A stretch of DNA of 64,000 nt from a virus: UHGV virus genome UHGV-1362809; one strand, 5' to 3'. The position numbers were made by a program, and so were the translations under genes. This document shows, in pieces, positions 58,265-64,000 of this stretch (the first letter of the stretch is position 1; every line of letters starts with the position of its first letter). The notes beneath the pieces were generated by a model. The model made no database searches and was not told where the DNA came from. It saw only the letters and a list, made by a program, of their open reading frames with translations.

Positions 58265-59545
58265 ATGCCTGATAATAAAGGTATTCCTTGTTATCTTTGG
58301 TTTGAAGCTCAGGTACAGCCTGGAGTTGAACCATTTATAAAAATTCCTCAACGTATAAACATAATAGGGGAAGTTATAGGGGTTAATCCAAAATTCAAAG
58401 AAAGTTTTTTGAGAAAAGCTCTTAATATTTATTTTTTGAATGGTGTTATTCCCCTTGACGATTTAAACCAACATTGGATTAAAACAGAGTCCTTTGATAC
58501 TGGACTACGTCCTACTCTTAAGGTAAAAATACAAGCTAAGGATTTACTTAGTGCTGTTATAAATAGGGATTTTGCAAAACAGGGTACTGGGCTTAACATA
58601 ATTCGTCAAGCTGACTATGTGGCTAATAGTCCTACCCTGTATAATCAAATGGGTCAGCAGTCAGCTACTTTTGCTTCTACTAATGGAGTGGATAAGTATG
58701 GGTTTTTACTCAAACCCTTTATACTATCCAATACTGATGTTGACTGGCTTGTACGGTGTTTGCGTACTTGGACACCGATGCTTGAAAAGTACTATACACA
58801 AAAGAAAACTTTTATGGTATCCGTTGTAGGTGGTCCCAAAGTATATACTATCTTTAAACCTAAAAATCCAGGCGGTGATTACTATGACGGAGGTCGTATA
58901 AATATATACTTATCTAAATTTGAGTCCAAACCTAAGTGCATAAAAGATTTTACTCGTTTGCTGGTACATGAATACACGCACTTTTTGCAATATCTTTTTG
59001 TAAAAACAAATAAATCATTGGTATCAAGTTGGGCTAAATCAGCTCCTGTATCCAACCCAGTTAAATACTATAGTCGTATGTGGGAACGTGACGCTTATGC
59101 GGTGCAGTTTTTATGGGAATTTTTATCCTCCCATAATTTACCTTTAAAGGCTCTATCAAATGGTAAAATTCTTAAAGAACATTTTACTCCTGATGTTTTT
59201 AAAGCCTATTTAAAGACAAATTCCGATATTAAGTACCACCTAAGCCGTATGCCTAAACAAATGCGTTCTAAGTGGTTGAATGGGCTAATAATTGCTGCTC
59301 AAAAGTTTGTCAACGATATGCAAGTTAATGTTGTGGAAAGTAGTGTATCTGCTAATGATTATATAATGCTTAAGCAGTATCCTTTGCAGTATTCGTCTGA
59401 ACAAGTAAAATCTTCGTATACAGGTAACAAGTTAGACGATTTTACATACATGGTAAATGCGGAGTACTATCAGTACAATAATGTTCAGCCTGCGGATACT
59501 AAATTACCTGCTATTATGTCAAGAGTTAGCTTATATGTGGAGTAA
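58265..59545 (+). CDS. Putative HExxH zinc metallopeptidase-like protein
   Basis: LLVHEYTHFLQYLF followed ~30 aa later by WERDAYAVQF (E-x-D-A-x-A), the same arrangement as in ORF 55854. Confidence 0.45.
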   Translation: MPDNKGIPCYLWFEAQVQPGVEPFIKIPQRINIIGEVIGVNPKFKESFLRKALNIYFLNGVIPLDDLNQHWIKTESFDTGLRPTLKVKIQAKDLLSAVINRDFAKQGTGLNIIRQADYVANSPTLYNQMGQQSATFASTNGVDKYGFLLKPFILSNTDVDWLVRCLRTWTPMLEKYYTQKKTFMVSVVGGPKVYTIFKPKNPGGDYYDGGRINIYLSKFESKPKCIKDFTRLLVHEYTHFLQYLFVKTNKSLVSSWAKSAPVSNPVKYYSRMWERDAYAVQFLWEFLSSHNLPLKALSNGKILKEHFTPDVFKAYLKTNSDIKYHLSRMPKQMRSKWLNGLIIAAQKFVNDMQVNVVESSVSANDYIMLKQYPLQYSSEQVKSSYTGNKLDDFTYMVNAEYYQYNNVQPADTKLPAIMSRVSLYVE

Positions 59546-59550
59546 AATAT

Positions 59551-59931
59551 ATGTGGTTAGTTTGTGGAAATGAATACAGATGGGTGGATGACGATAAGTA
59601 CATATCAATTCAGCCTATTTTAAAAGAGAAGGGTATAAAATATAAGATTACTAAGTATAAACCAAAGTATGGCGAGGAAGTACTTACTAATCTACAGGAC
59701 TTACCGATTCTAGATATGCAGTATTATATTTCTAAAATCATCAAACAATACGGAATAAAAGGATTACTACAAATGATTAGAAATTCAAAAGGAACTTCAA
59801 ATGGTGTGCAAGTTTGTGTGCAAGCTAGCACCTATAAAAAGTTAAAACCCCGTTTTAAAGAAATTGAAAAGATTGAAAAGGAAATCGAGGAATCGAAAAT
59901 TGAATGCCCCGAAAATATTGAAATCGTGTAA
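59551..59931 (+). CDS. Hypothetical protein
   Basis: 126-aa ORF. Confidence 0.4.
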   Translation: MWLVCGNEYRWVDDDKYISIQPILKEKGIKYKITKYKPKYGEEVLTNLQDLPILDMQYYISKIIKQYGIKGLLQMIRNSKGTSNGVQVCVQASTYKKLKPRFKEIEKIEKEIEESKIECPENIEIV

Positions 59932-59953
59932 ATATAAACGACGGTTAAAAACT

Positions 59954-60253
59954 ATGGGAGGTACTTTTAGTTCCTCCCTTTCTGGCAATAAATACAGTAG
60001 TAAATTATCTAATACAGGTAAATATTCCGAACAGTGGGATAGGCTCAGAAAACAACGTTTAGAAATGGATAATTACACTTGTCAGAAATGTGGCTTTGAC
60101 GGACATAAATGTCCAAATAAACTGCAAGTGCATCACAAAGTACCCTTGGCAAGAGGTGGTAAAAATAAGCTTAGCAATCTTATTACTTTGTGTGTCAAAT
60201 GCCACAAGAAACAACATTACAAGGTACTAACAAAAGGACGTAAATATGTTTAA
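59954..60253 (+). CDS. Free-standing HNH endonuclease
   Basis: CQKCGF...VHHKVPLARGGKNKLSNLITLCVKCHKKQH (CxxC...HH...N...CxxCH); start at the first ATG after the upstream stop. Confidence 0.65.
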   Translation: MGGTFSSSLSGNKYSSKLSNTGKYSEQWDRLRKQRLEMDNYTCQKCGFDGHKCPNKLQVHHKVPLARGGKNKLSNLITLCVKCHKKQHYKVLTKGRKYV

Positions 60254-60434
60254 TTTAGAACCTTTCCTACATAAAGGAATCCTAAGGCATACTATCATCG
60301 AAAAAGATGGTAACAAATACCCTGTTTGGGTGTGTTCCGCAAATGCTACGGAAAAAGATAAACAGGAATTACAAAAAATTACTGACGAATACAAAAAATG
60401 TTACGGTATTCCTTTAATCGGTTTTGAAAAGTAG
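60246..60434 (+). CDS. Hypothetical small protein
   Basis: 62-aa ORF. Confidence 0.35.
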   Translation: MFNLEPFLHKGILRHTIIEKDGNKYPVWVCSANATEKDKQELQKITDEYKKCYGIPLIGFEK

Positions 60435-60444
60435 GAGAACTAAT

Positions 60445-60702
60445 ATGGACTATGAATTATACATAATTGAAAGTGCCGACCAGTTATCTGACGTACAAGT
60501 AAAAGGTACTGTTCCAGAAGGTACATTCACAGGAGGTTCTTACACGATTGTCAAAAAATTATTAGAAGCCTCCAAAGGTGACATCAGTAAGGCTATAAAG
60601 AAGTTGGTGTTTTATCGAAATAGAGCTGGTGAAAACCTAACAAACAAGACCAACATCGAAAAAGCTCTTAAGATTTTACAAAACAAGAAAGAACTTCAAT
60701 GA
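60445..60702 (+). CDS. Hypothetical protein
   Basis: RBS aggaga upstream of ATG 60445. Confidence 0.45.
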   Translation: MDYELYIIESADQLSDVQVKGTVPEGTFTGGSYTIVKKLLEASKGDISKAIKKLVFYRNRAGENLTNKTNIEKALKILQNKKELQ

Positions 60703-61265
60703 CACAGCTTGCGTTATTTGGATTAGAGCACGCAGACTCCAAAGTGGTTAGTCAACAAACATACAACTCTTGGTCGACTCTAGAAAAAATAAATTACTTA
60801 AAGCGCAAAGTAAAAGAGAACTATGCTTATATAAATGGGGTGCGCAGTGAGCAAATGAAGGCTAAAAGTAAAACGTATGCCAAATGGTGTGAGTCTATTG
60901 TCAAACCTGATTATTTTGACCCCGACAATAATCAATCCTGCTTAGAGGATGGAATACGTGCTGTAGATTCCCTGAGAGAAACCCAGTCAGAGGAAGGTGT
61001 GTCCCCTACTGAAATTGAAAATGAACACGCCTTTAATGCCCTTAGAAATCAAATAATGCTTAAAAATTACAACATATTTGACTATGATCCTAAGGTGGAC
61101 TTTACTAATATGTCTTTAGATGGATTTAAAGACTGGGGTTATAATCTAAATAAACGCAAACTCCAACAAGAGAAAAACAAAAAGAAAGCTGAAAAGTTGA
61201 GAAAAAGTTATACTGGTGGACTTTTCTCCCACTATAATATTCCTGACGAGGACGAGGAGGAGTAA
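60699..61265 (+). CDS. Hypothetical protein
   Basis: 188-aa ORF. Confidence 0.45.
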   Translation: MTQLALFGLEHADSKVVSQQTYNSWSTLEKINYLKRKVKENYAYINGVRSEQMKAKSKTYAKWCESIVKPDYFDPDNNQSCLEDGIRAVDSLRETQSEEGVSPTEIENEHAFNALRNQIMLKNYNIFDYDPKVDFTNMSLDGFKDWGYNLNKRKLQQEKNKKKAEKLRKSYTGGLFSHYNIPDEDEEE

Positions 61266-61498
61266 TGCCTACACTATCTTTACAGCCCACTATTACACTA
61301 CAACCATTCGGTATTAATGTTACCGAATTAAAGATTAATGATTTTGCCTTAATAATAAATCCTTACAAACCTCCTACACCTCCTATACCCGTTGACCAGT
61401 GGTTGTTGCAACCGAGACCAATTCCTTCTGGTGTGGATAAAACTGTGTGGGACGACATTCAGTTTTGGATGGATAATAAGTATTGGACTGAAGTATAA
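61265..61498 (+). CDS. Hypothetical Pro-rich small protein
   Basis: 77-aa ORF. Confidence 0.4.
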   Translation: MPTLSLQPTITLQPFGINVTELKINDFALIINPYKPPTPPIPVDQWLLQPRPIPSGVDKTVWDDIQFWMDNKYWTEV

Positions 61499-61524
61499 AG
61501 TACTAAGTTATAAGGAATGTTATA

Positions 61525-62397
61525 ATGCCTATTCAACATATTGAAAATAATGAAGTTGCTTCCTCTGTTAGAGAAAAACTAAACAACTCCATCGACCAAG
61601 TAAACTCACTTGGCGAGGATATTAAAAACGTAAGATATACAAACGATGTTCCTACTCCTACGGATATTGGAGGCATCAAAAAGGGAACAACGTTTGACAA
61701 CCTTACAATCGGTCAAATTTTAGATGACTTACTGTACCCTTACACGGTTCCTACGGTAGAATTAGTTACCTCTCCTGACCCCAAAGTGCTTAGGGAATAT
61801 GGTGATTCTATTTCACAGCTAACTTTGACAACGGTAATCTCTAAAGGCTCTTCTTCTAACCTAACGGCTACATTTAAACGAGGAGAAGAAGTAATTGGAA
61901 CCTTACCGACCTCTGGTTTTAATGTTACTTTTACATACAAGCCTAATCCTCCTCTTAATGAAGACGCTACTTTTACAGTAGAACTATCTGATGAAAAATC
62001 GACCGCAGTATCTAAAGAAGTATTTTATGACTTTGCGTATCCTTATTATTGTGGTATTTCAAATACAGATAGTGTGGATGAAGTTACAATTAAAGCGTCC
62101 ACAAAGGTGCTGCAATTAAAGGATAACGTAAATCCTCGTTTTACTTGTGTCAACGCCCACCCGTTTTTTGCATTTCCTCCTGATTGGGGCAATGTAATTG
62201 CTATCTATGACACCAACAAATTCAACATCACAGATAGTTTTAATCAGTCTAAAGTATCTATTACGACCAATGATGGTAGAACTACAGAGTATAATTGTTA
62301 TACCCTAAAAACTGCTACAACAATAAATGACTACACAATATATGCTACGTTCAAACCAGAGGGAGTGTTGTCGTGCGTAAAAGCTGTACCTATTTAA
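61525..62397 (+). CDS. Hypothetical protein
   Basis: RBS aaggaa upstream. Confidence 0.45.
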   Translation: MPIQHIENNEVASSVREKLNNSIDQVNSLGEDIKNVRYTNDVPTPTDIGGIKKGTTFDNLTIGQILDDLLYPYTVPTVELVTSPDPKVLREYGDSISQLTLTTVISKGSSSNLTATFKRGEEVIGTLPTSGFNVTFTYKPNPPLNEDATFTVELSDEKSTAVSKEVFYDFAYPYYCGISNTDSVDEVTIKASTKVLQLKDNVNPRFTCVNAHPFFAFPPDWGNVIAIYDTNKFNITDSFNQSKVSITTNDGRTTEYNCYTLKTATTINDYTIYATFKPEGVLSCVKAVPI

Positions 62398-62624
62398 AAA
62401 ATGTTTTGATTGGAATAGACCAACTGGTTAATACTTTACTTGGTGGCTATCCTGACGAAACAATGTCTGCAAGGGCGTATCGTCTTGAATATAATGGCAA
62501 ACTAATAGGTAAAACACTCAGACCTATTATTGACTGTATAATGTTCTGGGACGATAATCATTGTAAAGAATCATACGAAAGTGAAGTACTCAAAAAACAA
62601 CTTCCTAAGGACTACGACGTTTAA
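62373..62624 (+). CDS. Hypothetical protein
   Basis: 83-aa ORF. Confidence 0.4.
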   Translation: MRKSCTYLKNVLIGIDQLVNTLLGGYPDETMSARAYRLEYNGKLIGKTLRPIIDCIMFWDDNHCKESYESEVLKKQLPKDYDV

Positions 62625-62626
62625 GG

Positions 62627-62655
62627 TTGACATCTAATATAAAATATGTTAGTAT
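62627..62655 (+). promoter_or_regulatory. Sigma70-like promoter TTGACA-17-TAGTAT followed by a structured ~90-nt leader
   Basis: Exact -35 at 62627-62632, TAGTAT at 62650-62655; leader has hairpin cagtaag/cttactg (62665-62705) and palindrome aagggttataaccctt (62715-62730). Confidence 0.45.
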
Positions 62656-62752
62656 GGTAATAATCAGTAAGGTATGTTTATACTCTACTTATAGGTATCT
62701 TACTGTTTAAGCTGAAGGGTTATAACCCTTAAACTATTAAAGGAGAATTAGA

Positions 62753-63781
62753 ATGCTTACGGAACAAAATAAAGACTTATATATTAAAATTATGGCTAAT
62801 CCAAAACCCATAGTGGATAAGTTTAGTTTATATAGTGCCAGAGACCTATGCTGCTATAGTGTATCCTGGCTTGGCTATTACAATGTATTGTGGAAAAAAG
62901 GTATCAAACTTATTTCCGTATTTCCTAATAGTCAATACAAAGTTAGAGCATTGAAGATTACTGGGGAGTCTATTCCTATCAGTATGAAAGATTGGGAAAA
63001 AATTAAAAGACAGTTTAAGAAATACCCTACTAATGGTATTAGTGTTAAAGAGAGAATTAAAATGTACTATGAGTATGTAGTAGAATGTAGTTCCTTTAAT
63101 AGGATTAAAAGTCATTTTAATAATAAGAAGGTCTGTATGTTATCCGCTTTTAGACAGGAGGACGAGGAAGGAAATCATATTAGTCTAAAAGAAAATTTAA
63201 GGAGAACGAAAAGGTTAAAGGATAAATTAAAATTTTTAGCTAAATCCTTTAATTGGAGATACTTTGAAGTAGAAGGTTGTTATTTAGAACAGGGTCAAAC
63301 TATTCCTTCTATTGAGAAATCCTTTTTTGTTGTAGCAGATGATAATGATGTGGATTTTAATAAAATAATGATTTCATTAGGAAAGGCTTTTAATCAAGAT
63401 AGTATTTTATTGAAGTCTAAAAAAGATAATGCCTATTATGTTTCTACTAATCAAAAGTCTGATAAAATATCGGGAGTCAAACTTGGTAGATTCGTACCAA
63501 ATGTTATAGGAGAATTTTATTCTAAGCTAAGAGGCAAACCTTTCATCTTTAAGTATTCTAAACCTCATCATTATTTTAAAAATGAAAAAGGAATAAAAAT
63601 AAATAAAATATTGGGCAAACCTAATGCTAATAAATATACTTATTTAGGTATTCCTAACATATATAAACAAGGGAATAAATTTTTAGTTAAGAAATATATA
63701 AAGGGAAAATTATATAAGGAACTTTTTGATACATTACCAGAGGCTAAAACATTTTTAAATAGTCTAAAAAGATTTAGCTAA
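62753..63781 (+). CDS. Hypothetical basic protein
   Basis: RBS aaaggag upstream; 342 aa, Lys-rich. Confidence 0.5.
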   Translation: MLTEQNKDLYIKIMANPKPIVDKFSLYSARDLCCYSVSWLGYYNVLWKKGIKLISVFPNSQYKVRALKITGESIPISMKDWEKIKRQFKKYPTNGISVKERIKMYYEYVVECSSFNRIKSHFNNKKVCMLSAFRQEDEEGNHISLKENLRRTKRLKDKLKFLAKSFNWRYFEVEGCYLEQGQTIPSIEKSFFVVADDNDVDFNKIMISLGKAFNQDSILLKSKKDNAYYVSTNQKSDKISGVKLGRFVPNVIGEFYSKLRGKPFIFKYSKPHHYFKNEKGIKINKILGKPNANKYTYLGIPNIYKQGNKFLVKKYIKGKLYKELFDTLPEAKTFLNSLKRFS

Positions 63782-63797
63782 ATAGTAAAAGGTGCAA

Positions 63798-63832
63798 GGG
63801 TGTTGGGATTTACCCAACACCCTATTTTTTTT
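63798..63832 (+). terminator. Rho-independent terminator gggtgttggg/cccaacaccc plus T8
   Basis: 10-bp perfect stem, 5-nt loop, tatttttttt. Confidence 0.6.
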
Positions 63833-63835
63833 GTC

Positions 63836-63852
63836 AATAATTTTAATATATG
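63836..63852 (+). promoter_or_regulatory. Late-promoter-like motif aataattttaatatatgg
   Basis: Copy of the conserved motif 36 nt upstream of gene 63888. Confidence 0.35.
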
Positions 63853-63887
63853 GTTGCAACCCAAATATATGAAAGAGGTAACAAAAT

Positions 63888-64000
63888 GAAATTTTTAGAT
63901 ATTGTTTTGGCGATGAAAGTTCCAGGCAAAGTCACGAAAAAACAGTGGGTTAAGTTGAGTGACAGCGTTAAAAGAGCTTACGTCAAACTACACCCCACTT
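63888..64000 (+). CDS. Family member D (partial, 5' end): conserved N-terminal module protein
   Basis: KVTKKQWVKLSDSVKRAYVKLHPT matches the QW....K.AF.KQHP module; runs off the window end. Confidence 0.45.

Overview
This window is a 64 kb piece of a tailed dsDNA phage genome. Every supported gene is on the + strand, packed tightly, AT-rich by eye, with Shine-Dalgarno-type ribosome-binding sites (AAGGAG/GGAG). There are no rRNA, CRISPR or convincing tRNA genes. The replication and nucleotide-metabolism genes are distantly T4-like, but all on one strand.

Early region, 0.2-35.5 kb:
- A MoxR-type AAA+ ATPase and a VWA/HExxH protein form the first operon.
- A small sigma factor (region 2 plus a region-4-like HTH).
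- An orphan HicB-like protein.
- An Mre11/SbcD-like phosphoesterase.
- A two-subunit type II topoisomerase, GyrB-like and GyrA-like. Each subunit is interrupted by an in-frame Hint/HNH intein.
- A CDA-fold deaminase, a metallophosphoesterase, a beta-class DPPY DNA methyltransferase and an HD phosphohydrolase.
- A T4 gp1-like dNMP kinase, a ThyX flavin-dependent thymidylate synthase, a clear IF-1 (infA) homologue and a DnaG/T4 gp61-like primase.

Structural region, 35.7-51 kb:
- An acidic Cys-containing scaffold-like protein and a GC-enriched, codon-optimised head gene pair that includes the putative major capsid protein.
- A second acidic ESC-motif protein.
- A remnant PD-(D/E)xK/DUF559-like endonuclease interrupted by an in-frame TGA.
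- A contractile tail sheath and tube (myovirus morphology).
- A repeat-containing fibre protein and two paralogous receptor-binding-like proteins.

Late cassette, 52.5-59.5 kb:
- Four proteins share a conserved basic N-terminal module of roughly 40-90 aa, with a fourth copy starting at 63888.
- Two proteins carry HExxH...E zincin motifs, and one has a GNAT-like C-terminus.
- I read these as candidate virion-packaged, host-injected effector proteins. That is inference, not something the sequence shows directly.

Regulatory features:
- Consensus TTGACA-17-TATAAT-type early promoters.
- A family of related GC hairpins (GGGTGYG...CRCACCC) followed by T-runs, acting as terminators.
- A recurring AT-rich motif, AATAATTTTTA(T)ATATA, upstream of five late genes, which looks like a late promoter.
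- A candidate -1 frameshift site (T_TTA_AAG plus a downstream hairpin) that would fuse two small ORFs at 39.1-39.5 kb.

All family assignments rest on motifs I can read in the translations. No database search, tRNA scan or RNA folding was run.
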